This document shows, piece by piece, positions 13,640 through 25,512 of a DNA stretch of 64,000 bases. Each line of letters starts with the position of its first letter. The stretch's first letter is position 1. This DNA is from Octopus sinensis (Eukaryota). The stretch lies in contig NC_042997.1 of the NCBI RefSeq assembly GCF_006345805.1, positions 35,154,001-35,218,000 of the forward strand. Reading direction: 5' to 3'. The position numbers and the translations under genes are program-made. The notes below the pieces were generated by a model. The model saw only the letters and a list, made by a program, of their open reading frames with translations. It did no database searches and was not told the DNA's origin.

Positions 13640-13660
<21 letters not shown>
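13230..13660 (+). mobile_element. Possible decayed retroelement (PLE-like) 3' end
   Basis: Pyrimidine-rich segment between microsatellites, ending at (TA)n and containing GGCCGAAACTG. No coding motif was recognised. Confidence 0.25.
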
Positions 13661-13686
<26 letters not shown>

Positions 13687-13687
<1 letters not shown>

Positions 13688-14004
13688 CCGTGATCACCGT
13701 GATCACAGTGACCGACCAGGTTATCAGATGTTGCTACACATCGCTGGTCACTATGCGCTACGCATTGTTTTAGCCTTCAAATGACGCCACCCAGCTGGCT
13801 AAGCGAGCAGGCCAACAAAAGAAAGAGTGAGAGAAAGTTGTGGCGAAAGAGTACAACAGGGATCGCCACCACGCCATGCCGGAGACTCGTGGAGCTTTAG
13901 GTGTTTTCGCTCAATAAACACTCACAATGCCCGATCTGGGAATCGAAACCGCGATCCTACGACCGCGAGTCCGCTGCCCTAACCACTGGGCCATTGCGCC
14001 TCCA
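13687..14004 (-). mobile_element. tRNA-derived SINE, family B, tail variant 1
   Basis: Reverse complement: GGAGGCGCAATGGCCCAGTGGTTAGGGCAGCGGACTCGCGG...GGTTTCGATTCCC (A and B boxes). The tail ends TGTGATCACGGTGATCACGG. Confidence 0.85.
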
Positions 14005-14016
14005 CACGCACACACG

Positions 14017-14048
<32 letters not shown>

Positions 14049-15410
14049 GATTGATTGATAGATACATGTATATAAATATAGACATATTTGAAAATTTAAA
14101 AAGTTATTTCCTATAAAAATAATGATAAAATGGCCAGCAAATATTATTCAAATAATCAAAATACATTAAAACAAAATGCCAGGTTATATAGTAACTCTGG
14201 CTGACGATTTTTAAGTGTTGGCTCAACACAGAAAGCGAAATCAATTGATATCAGAATATCTAAGATTTTACTTGTATTTTACTATATGTATCTTAGAAGA
14301 GAGAGGACTGTTTCGAAGATATATATTTGCTATATTTTCCGTGCGTGTTTATATATAGTGAGAGATGCGTGGTTTTGAAGGGTTTTAGCTACTATTTCAA
14401 GCAAAGAGGTACTTATTGTGCCCTAACTTTTTATTACATGTATATATACAATATACATATATATGTGTGTGTGTGTGTGTTTTGTATATATTCATGCGTA
14501 TGTAGATATGCATGAGTGTCTTTATAATTTAACAATTCGGTAACGGGTATTCGACACGAAGAAAATTCAGATCTTTTTAAAAAATATGTTAATCTTCGAA
14601 GCATGACTATCCGTCTTACTAGATTTAAACATCAGTCTGATGGTATCTGCTAAATCAAAATTGGGAAATATCTGATGTAGTTAACCAAGTGCTATGCCAG
14701 AATGATAAAACATCAGCAAACTTGCAGATTCTCACTATGCAGTAAATCACACAGCTGAAAGAATCCTTCAGCCTACCATTCTATGACGTTTCATCTTTGT
14801 TTTAAACTAGAAACATTATTCCTTGAATTGGAATTACCGCCGTCTTGGATATCATGGCAGCTATCCACTCAGATCAAATTTTTCAGCAAATCCTAGTTTT
14901 GCCTTATTCAATTCTTATTCGGCAATAAATGTAGACTATGTGAAACCCAGGTAGGTGAGGAGGAGCCATCGCTGCTAGATTTTCCTCGATCAAGTCGACT
15001 TTACTAGCATGATTTTATTGACTAAATCCGTTGCAACTCTATTCCACCAAAAACATAAAAACTAACCCTGACTAAAATATCTAAAGGAATACAAGGTAAA
15101 AAGCAGGTGTTTTCTTGATGTTTATTACAAGGTGAGATGCAGCATAACCCAAGACTCAGTAATGTGTGCGTGTCGTTTTTGTGTCAATAAATAGCAGCAG
15201 TGTCTACATAAATCACTTCTGTATAAAACCCATTTCAATGTCTATTCAGTTTAAAGTCTTCACCTGCTGTTCAAGAAATAAGGTGAGTGGAAGTATCACA
15301 TTCTTGAAAGATCATGTGACAAGTATAGCAAAGGATATTGAGAATATATTATGGTCTGAACTATCAAGTTATTCTCCGTTAGGTGAGTCCAGACCCAATA
15401 TCTTATTTTT

Positions 15411-15628
15411 CTCTTTCTCTTTTCTCTTTTACTTGTTTCAGTCATTTGACTGTGGCCCTTCAGGAGTAACGCCTTTTAGTCGACCAAATCGACCCTAGGA
15501 CTTATTCATTGGAAGCCTAGTACTTATTCTATCGGTCTCTTTTGACGAAACGCTAAGTTACAGGGACGTAAACACACCAGCATCGGTTGTTAAGCGATAT
15601 TGGGGGGAAAAACGCAGACACACAAACA

Positions 15629-15702
<74 letters not shown>

Positions 15703-15868
15703 TACGACTGGCTTCTTTCAGTTTCCGTCTACCGAATCCACTCACAAGGCTTTGGTCGGCCCGAGGCTATAGAAGAAGACACTTGCCCAAGGTACCACGC
15801 AGTGGGACTGAACCTGGAACCATGTGGTTGGTAAGCAAGCTACTTACCACACAGCCACTCTTGCGCCT
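15411..15868 (-). mobile_element. tRNA-derived SINE, family A, full length with internal (CA)n(TA)n
   Basis: Reverse complement of head AGGCGCAAGAGTGGCTGTGTGGTAAG and tail GACTGAAACAAGTAAAAGAG; colinear with the 17862 copy. Confidence 0.9.
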
Positions 15869-17131
15869 GGAGTAAATTCTTAAACACATTCACAGGTTTT
15901 TGGTGTACGACCCAACTACTCAAGAATATTCCACGATGCACCTTAGTTATCAATATAAAATACTTTTGTTAAGATAACAAAAGCCTTATATAATCGTACC
16001 TTGTTCATTAGATTTCTCTCCATGTTTTTTTTTCGCAAAGTTAATCATCTCCATATACACCCACATGCATATACGTAGACATACATATGCTCTCAATATG
16101 CGGGCCATAAGAAGTCTTTCTTTGTTCTCCATGAAATAATACCAAATTATTCCAAGTAGACATGCATGGAAGTTAGTCCTATTATTCTAGTATTTCGTTA
16201 ATGCATAACCAACATGAAAATTAAATTATAGCAATATACAACAGACAGACTTCGAAATATTGTGTAAGTTTTTGTATTTTTACATTTAAAACGTATCGTT
16301 TTCTTTTATTTTCGAAATTTGCACTGATGATGAAATATGTTGACTGTAGATTATGCGATAACATTTCAACAATATTGTCTTTAGTTTCGTTACTCCCTTT
16401 ATCAGTAAACCTATTTATCACAATACATTTCCTTTGTATACAACAAACCGAAAGTATGGATATTCTACATCACAGTTAAAAAAAAACAAATTTACAGTTA
16501 AAGAAACTGTAAATTTATTTTTCCTACTTGGAAATATTTCTAATGCATAAAAAAAAAAATTTGAATGTCATACTTCAAATCTATTATTGTTAAAAAAAAA
16601 AGAAGGCATCGAAATATTTTAGGAAAACAGGAAGAGAGAGGAAGAGGGGGAAAGAGAGAATGAAGAGTTACATTTTGAAATTCGACTCTATATTGCCAAA
16701 AATAATTACATTTAATAGAAAAATGTATTATTCCTCAAGAAATAATAAAAGCACATTTATCCAAATATAGATGATATATTCTATAGAACCAAGGAATAAC
16801 TACCACTAAAAACTTTCGCTAAGAGTTGTGCCAACCAGATAAATATATGAGTAAATTACGTGTATTATACCTATTAGGAGGAATCTGCTGAAACACAGAG
16901 TTGTTACTCTGTGATGGCTGCCACATGTATCGTCACAGCATTAAACTTGTGCACACATACACGCACACATACACACACATACACATGCAAACATATACAT
17001 TAACACAGATATAGCCACACAGATGATAATAGCAAAAATACAGAAATAAATTCACCCTAACAAGCAAAGTGTAGTCGTCGGATTCCTTCAACTTGCCCCA
17101 TTAGGTGGATTTCCTCTTTCAAAATTAGTAA

Positions 17132-17361
17132 GGCGGTGAGCTGGCAGAATCGTTAGCACGCCGGGCGAAATGCGTTGCCGTATTTCGTCTGCCGTTACGT
17201 TCTGAGTTCAAATTCCGCAGAGGTCGACTTTGCCTTTCATCCTTTCGGGGTCGATAAATTAAGTACCAGTTACGCACTGGGGTCAATGTAATCGACTTAA
17301 TCCGTTTGTCTGTCCTTGTTTGTCCCCTCTGTGTTTAGCCCCTTGTGGGTAGCAAAGAAAT
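17132..17361 (+). mobile_element. tRNA-derived SINE, family C, best-preserved copy
   Basis: GGCGGTGAGCTGGCAGAATCGTTAGC...GAGTTCAAATTCC (B box)...GCCTTTCATCCTTTCGGGGTCGATAAATTAAGTACCAG...AAAGAAATA. Confidence 0.85.
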
Positions 17362-17861
17362 ATATACTAAGCTTTTTTTAATAACTTTTAATTGTTTTGT
17401 AGAATTTCAAAATATGCATTGAATTGGATTCGCAGGGAAAACATCACATTTATGTTCTAATTTCTTAAGAAAATCTTACGTGGTTAACTTAAACCGTAAC
17501 TTGGTTAAACCAAACCTATAACCCACGCATGTTGGTTATGTAGCCTCAACCCGTCACCATGACAATGGTGACTCTCGCATTGAAGATTGCCTAAGCTCAA
17601 AGCCCGCTGAACGATGCCTGACCTACTGACTCACGCGAACAGCTTACCTTACGATGTGTATGAGATCCACTACAAGGAACTGACATTTTTGATTACACTG
17701 TACCACTGCCTACTGTTAACATTACTACCATATTACCTGAGTTGATTAACAGGCATCTACTCTTAGAAGCTGTCTTGAATTTTTATCAAACCTTCCATTC
17801 CCCCTGGGATATCTGCTGAAATGTACATTTGCTAAAATATTCTAGTAAATATAGAATATTT

Positions 17862-18258
17862 AGGCGTAGGAGTGGCTGTGTGGTAAGTAGCTTGCTAACC
17901 AACCACATGGTTCCGGGTTCAGTCCCACTGCGTGGTATCTTGGGCAAGTGCCTTCTGCTATAGCCCCGGGCCAACCAATGCCTTGTGAGTGGATTTGGTA
18001 GACGGACACTGAAAGAAGCCCGTCGTATATATGTATATATATATATGTATGTGTGTGTGTTTGCTTGACAACCGATGCTGGTGTGTTTACGTCCCCGTCA
18101 CTTAGCGGTTCGGCAAAAAGGGACCGATAGAATAAGTACTGGGCTTACAAAGAATAAGTCCCGGGGTCGATTTGCTCGACTAAAGGCGGTGCTCCAGCAT
18201 GGCCACAGTCAAATGACTGAAACAAGTAAAAGTAAAAGTAAAGTAAAAGTAAAGTAAA
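17862..18258 (+). mobile_element. tRNA-derived SINE, family A, full length
   Basis: AGGCGTAGGAGTGGCTGTGTGG (A box)...GGGTTCAGTCCC (B box)...GGCGGTGCTCCAGCATGGCC...CTGAAACAAGT, then an (AAAAGT/AAAGT)n tail. Confidence 0.9.
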
Positions 18259-19445
18259 TGTGCTAGCGATTTTAATTTCTTATTAGGAAACGTTATTTAG
18301 CAATTTTAACGCTTTAAAATTAATTTTGTATAAATATCTTATGCTTCAATAGGACATGCTAGAACTGCATTGAATTTTTTCTCTATTTTCATCAAGTCCT
18401 TTCATTTATAAAAAAGAATGAATATTTGGCTAATTTGATAAAGCTGGAAATAAGACCCAGCTACAATAGCAGATGAAGTTTATGCTTGCAACTGTCATGC
18501 GACCAGTTCCAAGTAGCTACTGTACTTTTTCACTTGCCTATACACCACGTAAATATGGATGAGCTCTGACCTTCTGAGATTGTAGTCTCTTGGCAGTAGT
18601 ATGAATATTTCCCATCTATAAAAGTAAGATTACTCAAGACAAAGCCAATACAGTAGAAATAATATAGGTTTGGTATTAATTTTGACATATGCAGAATCAG
18701 TCTTTCATTCATGCTATAGTAATTGGAGTTTCACTGACGTAAAGCATAGAAGCGATCATTCTGATATTATATCTAAATACCTTCAATAGTTTAATATGAA
18801 ATTAGAAATTATCTTCTGTATGCTTGAACAATGCTATGCAATGTCTATAATTTCTGGTTCTATGACCCCCGCTTCTCCCAAACAAAAAGAACAACATTAC
18901 ATTTACGTAACAGTTTGCTGTTTGAACATTCCACAGTTCCTATACCACCCCCATTCGAATTCATCTCTTACTACTGGGATTCCATCCATGATTTTTCTGC
19001 CTTATTAATCCGGCTGAATACCCACTTCTACACCAGCAGCGAAGTCTTTCTTTTTATGCTTGGCTGCTGAACACTTGCAGGATGCGTGAACATACTGAAG
19101 CATTCTTTGAATGTAGCTAAAAGATACATCGTGATAGTACTTGCTTTCTCATTGCCAATTGCAATTATAAGAATATAATATACACAAATTATATGGAGTC
19201 AACGCATACGAAATAATTGATTTTATGATAACAGTTTCTCGAAATAATGTTAAACTTGTCAAATAAATGTTAGGCTGTAGGAGTGAATTTGATCTTCTAC
19301 ATTTTATATATCATTGTTTGATGTTTTCACGCCTCTGATTTCTTTTCAATTTTTACTTGATTTATGTTAGTTTTGAACACAATGAAGAAAAATACATAAA
19401 CATGCACGTGAAAATGCTCATACATATACTACATCTATACCCTTG

Positions 19446-19449
<4 letters not shown>

Positions 19450-19517
<68 letters not shown>

Positions 19518-19603
19518 GCATATACATGCATATACATATGCACATATATTTTTCTGCATATTTAATATAAACATACATGTTATATTACATTATATCTATT
19601 ATG

Positions 19604-19636
<33 letters not shown>

Positions 19637-20030
19637 TATATATGCGTGTGTGTGTTAATGTGTGGTATGTATGTGCGTGTGTGTGTGTGTGTGTGTGTGT
19701 GGTGTGCACAGTTGTTACACTAAGATTCATTCCGTATAAAAATATGTATGATCAATGTATTTTAAAGTTTTCTTTTAGCGCAGAATATATTTTTCTACAT
19801 GCGTGTATGCCTATCTATTCTGCAAGGTTGCATGATACACACAGACACACACGCACACAGACACACAGACACACAGACACACACACGCACACACACACAC
19901 ACACACACTCTCTCTCTCTCTCTCTGTATATATATATATATATATATATGCATATATGAGTGTGTGCCTTTGTGCATTTGTGCGTGTAAAGTACGTGTGT
20001 GTGTGTGTATGTATGTGAATGTATTTGATG
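19450..20030. repeat. Compound (TA)n/(TG)n/(CA)n/(CT)n microsatellite field
   Basis: Direct reading. Confidence 0.85.
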
Positions 20031-20399
20031 GACGTCAGTTTTTTGTTGGTTCCTGGTTTGATTTTGCTGTTATCTAATCTTTTATTTCTCATCTTATACT
20101 GTTATGGGAAATTCGATATAAGACGGTATTATTATAGACTAGTTTTTTTCTCTCTTTATGTTGGTAGCTTTTGCCCTGAATGAGAAGAGGAAACGTCTAC
20201 ATTTGTTTTTTAAGTGTTGGGTGGGTCTCATGATCTAATACGGTACTGTACATTATGAGAACATTAATATTTGTGAGAGTGTTTCCTGAATCTGTATCCG
20301 AAATATTTCCATCCTAGCTTATTTCTTCTCGAATTTCCGCAGATTCAGGTATAAGCAAATACTATATTTTTGCGGTGTAGATTTTCCTTCCTTCACTCC

Positions 20400-20602
20400 T
20401 GCCTACCTACCTACCTACCTACCTACCTACCTACCTACCTACCTATCTACCTACCTCCCTCCCTGCTTACCTACCTACCTACATACTTACCTACCTAACT
20501 CTCTATCTACCTTCTTACTTACCTACCTACCTACCTATCTATCTACCTTCTTACTTACCTACCTACCTACTTATCTATCTACCTTCTTACTAACCTACCT
20601 AC

Positions 20603-20657
<55 letters not shown>

Positions 20658-20726
20658 CCTATCTTTAAGCATTATCCTGTAAATCCGAGAGAGAGAGAGG
20701 AGAGAGAAACGAAGAGAGAGAGAGAA

Positions 20727-20765
<39 letters not shown>

Positions 20766-20913
20766 AAGAGCGCATTGCTCTCCTCGTTTACTTTCCCTGC
20801 CTGAGGTTACCGTGGTCTTTTCCGTAGGCGTTTCTTTCCACGGATAAGCCTCTTTTACATTTTTACGCCTTTTTTTCTGCTGTTTACGAGTCACAAACAT
20901 TTTCGAACTCTTT

Positions 20914-20956
<43 letters not shown>

Positions 20957-20974
20957 CCATCTATCTATCTATCC

Positions 20975-21016
<42 letters not shown>

Positions 21017-21020
21017 TTAT
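20400..21020. repeat. Compound (TACC)n/(TATC)n/(GA)n/(TA)n microsatellite field
   Basis: Direct reading; a ~160-nt unique island sits at ~20770-20930. Confidence 0.85.
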
Positions 21021-21434
21021 CTGTTTGTTTATCTATCTGCTGAATGATTGATACATACATATATCTGCCTTTATGTATGCATTGTATATATGCAAGCACA
21101 ATCACACACAAACACACACACAAACACACACACAGACAGACATTCACATAAACGCATTAATCCTTAGGCAAGCTCTAATAACGTTTTTTGCTCTTTAGCT
21201 ATTGGGTGGGCTAACTACCCAAGATCTGCTACTGTACAGGGAGATTGCATTATGAGATGTTCATTATCATTAGAAAACAGTCTTGTGAATCCATAGCAAA
21301 AATATTTCCAAGACAAGTATGTATCCTGTTGAAATTCTAGGATTTCATGTGATAAGCAAATAGTATATTAAAATTGTTTGCCCTTTCTGTTTGTATCTCT
21401 ATTGAATTATCTAGGATACGTATATGCATGTACG

Positions 21435-21466
<32 letters not shown>

Positions 21467-21572
21467 TGTATGTATGTATGTATGTATGTATGTATGTATG
21501 TATGTATATATGTATGTATGTATGTATGTATGTTTCACTGTATACGTTGCTATATATATATATATATATATA

Positions 21573-21798
21573 GACGTCATGATAGATCGTAAGCTCCTAC
21601 AAGCATTTTTTTCTCTCCTTTTTTCTCTCTCCTTGTTTCTCTCCTTGTTTTTTTTCTGTGTATCTTTCTATCGAAGAGCGTAGGCTCGAAACGCAAAAGA
21701 TTTTTTCTATTTCTATTCCTGAGCGCTATACTAATACATTTGTTTGTTTGTACTCCACCTGCCTTCGTCTTTTGTTTATTTTCGTAAACTTACCCGTT
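21573..21798 (+). mobile_element. Solo PLE pseudo-LTR-like unit (same family as 12440-12651)
   Basis: Shares GAAGAGCGTAGGCTCGAAACG, TACTAATAC and CCACCTGCCTTCGTCTTTTGTTTATTTTC with 12440-12651; (TA)n on both sides. Confidence 0.8.
21662..21701 (+). ncRNA. Hammerhead-like motif, decayed copy (G5A, U16.1C)
   Basis: ATCTTT-CTATCGA-A-GAGC-GTAG-GCTC-GAAA-CGC-A-AAAGAT. Confidence 0.4.
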
Positions 21799-21809
21799 AT
21801 ATATATATA

Positions 21810-22080
21810 TTTGTTGCCACTTCAGCATGGCTGTTCCGAACAGAACGACGTTACTTCTATTTTTGAATCACAACTGAACATTTTCTCCAGCTGTTTAACG
21901 ACACAACAAGTGTCTGATAAATTGTCAAATCGCTAGAAAATGGTAGGGGTTCGCTCCCGTGAGTTCAATATATTGAACACAGGTTGTGTCGGTATCAAAC
22001 TGGAGAAGATGTTTTCCTGGATTTTAAATATCGTAGCAACGTTGTTCCGCACGGAACAGCCATGTTGAAGCGGCAACAAA
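21810..22080. mobile_element. Foldback MITE with ~29-bp terminal inverted repeats
   Basis: TTTGTTGCCACTTCAGCATGGCTGTTCCG versus CGGAACAGCCATGTTGAAGCGGCAACAAA (27/29). An internal inverted pair AACATTTTCTCCAG..GACACAAC / GTTGTGTC..CTGGAGAAGATGTT is also present. The TSD is not resolved. Confidence 0.75.
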
Positions 22081-22214
22081 CATTACTTTCTACAGTATCA
22101 CACACATATATAAATATATCTATGTATTTCTGCATGTACTTATGTATATATGTATGCATCTATGCATTTTCACGTATGTATATATATGCATAGACATACC
22201 ATATATATAGAATG

Positions 22215-22448
22215 AATGAAAGAAAGATGGATAGATAAACTGACAGGGTGTATATATATATATTCATAGAAACTGGTAAGACAACAAAAGAAAGAATGGG
22301 ACCTCGATGTTGTGTAAATAGAGGAATTTATCTGTAAATGTAATAAAACTCGGGGTTTTGTAATGGCTACCGAATAATTGTCACATATTACATTTACAGA
22401 TATATATATATCCTGTCAGTTTATCTATCTATCTGTCTTTCTTTCATT
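22215..22448. repeat. Nested inverted repeats
   Basis: Outer arms AATGAAAGAAAGATGGATAGATAAACTGACAGG (22215-22247) and CCTGTCAGTTTATCTATC..TCTTTCTTTCATT (22412-22448). Inner arms ATCTGTAAATGTAATA (22330-22345) and TATTACATTTACAGAT (22386-22401). Confidence 0.75.
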
Positions 22449-22592
22449 TTATCTCTATACATGTTATGTCTAAACATATAAATACATACATGTCTCCATG
22501 TATACATATGTTTATATATATATATATACGTATACTTTATGTATGTATGTATGTATATATGTATGTATGTATGTATGTACGTATGTATGTTT

Positions 22593-22637
<45 letters not shown>

Positions 22638-23509
22638 TATATATATAGTACTCACATACAAAAATACATACATGTACTTGTCTATACGTGGAGGAGTGAA
22701 TAAGTTTACGTTATTCAGTAATTTATCGCGTAATTTCTGGGAACATAGTTTAGTAATAATAAGTAACAACAGAACCTGGTAATGTAAAATATGGTCTTTT
22801 TACCGGAAAGCATGAAATATAAACAAAAACCTTTCATATATATATTCTTACACACAAATTCACAGATATAACATAACATGTTTTTAAAAGGTATTAACTA
22901 GAGGTTCATAGTTTTATTTGATGCAGATGCTTTACTTCTATATAGATATAAAAAATAAGTCCTTATATACAAAGCAATGTGAAATACGATACTAACAATA
23001 TACAAATAAATCAAAGCAATTATACAAAACTGAGAAAAATATTCTCTATAAAAACTGAATGTTCAAAACAAAATGGGAGCCAAGTACACTAGATGATAAA
23101 AAAAGAGCAGTAAAGGAACCATAGTATTAATGCAGATATTATTGAAAGTAATAAATTGTCTGGAGAGAATATTCTAACGAAAGAGAAAAAAATGTAAGGA
23201 AAACATAAATTCGACAAGGCATGTACCTGGAAACATGAAAATGCGATAAATGAGTTTAATAAGGCAAGTGAAACTAGATAAAGATGGTTACATCGACTGC
23301 TTACATGGAAAGGTAACAAAAAAAAAAAAAAAGAAAACAGAACTGTAAACAAAACAAAACAGGACAAAAAGAGCAACAAAACAAAACGAAAACAAGAGCA
23401 AAAAGACAAGAACAACGACGAATGTACGATTAGAAAAAAATGAAGCGGGAGAGAATCCAATAAAATAAGGTGCAAATAAAACAGCTGCTTCATATAGGGA
23501 AGAACAGAG

Positions 23510-23510
23510 A

Positions 23511-23563
<53 letters not shown>

Positions 23564-23739
23564 TGTGTGTGTGTGTGTGTGTGCGTGTGTGTGTGTGCGT
23601 ATGTCTGTGTGTATATCTATGTATATATGTAAGTATATAAATATGTATGTATCTATCTATCTATCTACCTACCTATCTATCTATCTATCTATCTCTATCT
23701 ATCTATATATATATATAATATATATATATAATATATATA

Positions 23740-23774
<35 letters not shown>

Positions 23775-23790
23775 AGCATATATAAGCATG
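23510..23790. repeat. Compound (TA)n/(TG)n/(TCTA)n microsatellite field
   Basis: Direct reading. Confidence 0.9.
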
Positions 23791-24473
23791 TATGGGTGTG
23801 TGTGTAGGATTTTATACAGATATAACATCAAAATATACACGTACGTCTATAGGATTCCAAATATAGGAAGTAGGTGTACATGCATATAAGCATAAAATTA
23901 CACCTAACTCCATAAACTTCCAACAGAGTTCATTCCATTTTGTGTGTCCATACGCGCTACGACCATGTGCGTGTGTATAATTTCAAATCTGAAAAAGCAT
24001 CATCTCTGCAGATAAATACACACATGTGTGTACTTTTAGGATATTCACGTAGAAACATGCTTACGTACGCCCATGCTCATACTTGCTTAAATATATACAT
24101 GCACACAAACACGTAAACATATATATGCGTAAGGGAAAGATATAGAGAATGGTGAAGTGAGCGAGAAAGCGAATAAGATAAGTAAATCTTAATAACTTGG
24201 ATATTTGTTCAACAGCTGCTGACGATGTGAAGAATTAGATATCGGTTTCCATTGGCAAAAAACCCGAATATTTATTGCTTACTTATATACGTAGAATGCA
24301 AGTAGTTCAATTAATATCGTTTACAGTTTGTGAGCAGCATGCTTTATCGACAGGTGTGACAAACCACTATATTTCTGTATACAGTGTCATCCACAAAATG
24401 TTTGAACTGTTACCACTTAGGGCACATATCACTGCGTATACTAATGTGCGCTAGTTTTGTCAGCACATAACTG

Positions 24474-24550
<77 letters not shown>

Positions 24551-24757
24551 AAATATCAATCTATCTATCTATCTATCATTTTTTTATTTTTTGTTCTTTT
24601 TTCTCCTTTTACGATCTTTTTTGATCGAAAACCTACGCCACCTTTTTATTCTTTCTTTTCTTTTTTTGCTTTTTGTTTTTTTCATCCCCCCAAAAGAAAA
24701 GCTCTACCTTGTAACTTGTCCCATCTGTGTGCAGCCCTGTGTGGCCAATAAAATAAC

Positions 24758-24840
<83 letters not shown>

Positions 24841-25127
24841 CCCACCTACTTGTCTATCTGTCTAGCTGTATGTCCGTCTCTCTGTTTATGTATCTATTTT
24901 TTATACCATCGAGCAATTTATTCCTAGTTTTGAGAATATTATTGGTCAGAATGTTTACTTTTGCTGTTCGCTTATATAGTCACGAACGCAATAGTATATT
25001 GTCTTAGCAGTTGTGTAGTAAAAGGAACCCGATTATTCAACCAAAAATATTTCCACGCCCTATTGGGAACTCTACACTAACAATGACCTTTTATATGCCA
25101 TAACTGATAAGCAGTTATACACTGCTT

Positions 25128-25512
25128 GTGGAGGCGCAATGGCCCAGTGGTTAGGGCAGCGGACTCGCGGTCATAGGATCGCGGTTTCGATTCTCAGACT
25201 GGGCGTTGTGAGTGTTTATTGAGCGAAAACACCTAAAAGCTCCACGAGGCTCCGGCAGGGGATGGTGGTGACCCCTGCTGTACTCTTTCACCACAACTTT
25301 CTCTCGCTCTTACTTCCTGTTTCTGTTGCACCTGTATTTCAAAGGGCCGGCGTTGTCACTCTCTGTGTCACGCTGAATATCCCCGAGAACTACGTTAAGG
25401 GTACACGTGTCTGTGGAGTGCTCAGCCACTTACACGTTAATTTCACGAGCAGGCTGTTCCGTTGATTCGGATCAACCGGAACCCTCGTCGTCGTAACCGA
25501 CGGAGTGCTTCC
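25128..25512 (+). mobile_element. SINE family B, tail variant 2, with 11-bp TSD
   Basis: Same head as 13687-14004. The TSD ATACACTGCTT lies at 25117-25127 and 25513-25523, and the tail ends CCCTCGTCGTCGTAACCGACGGAGTGCTTCC. Confidence 0.9.
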
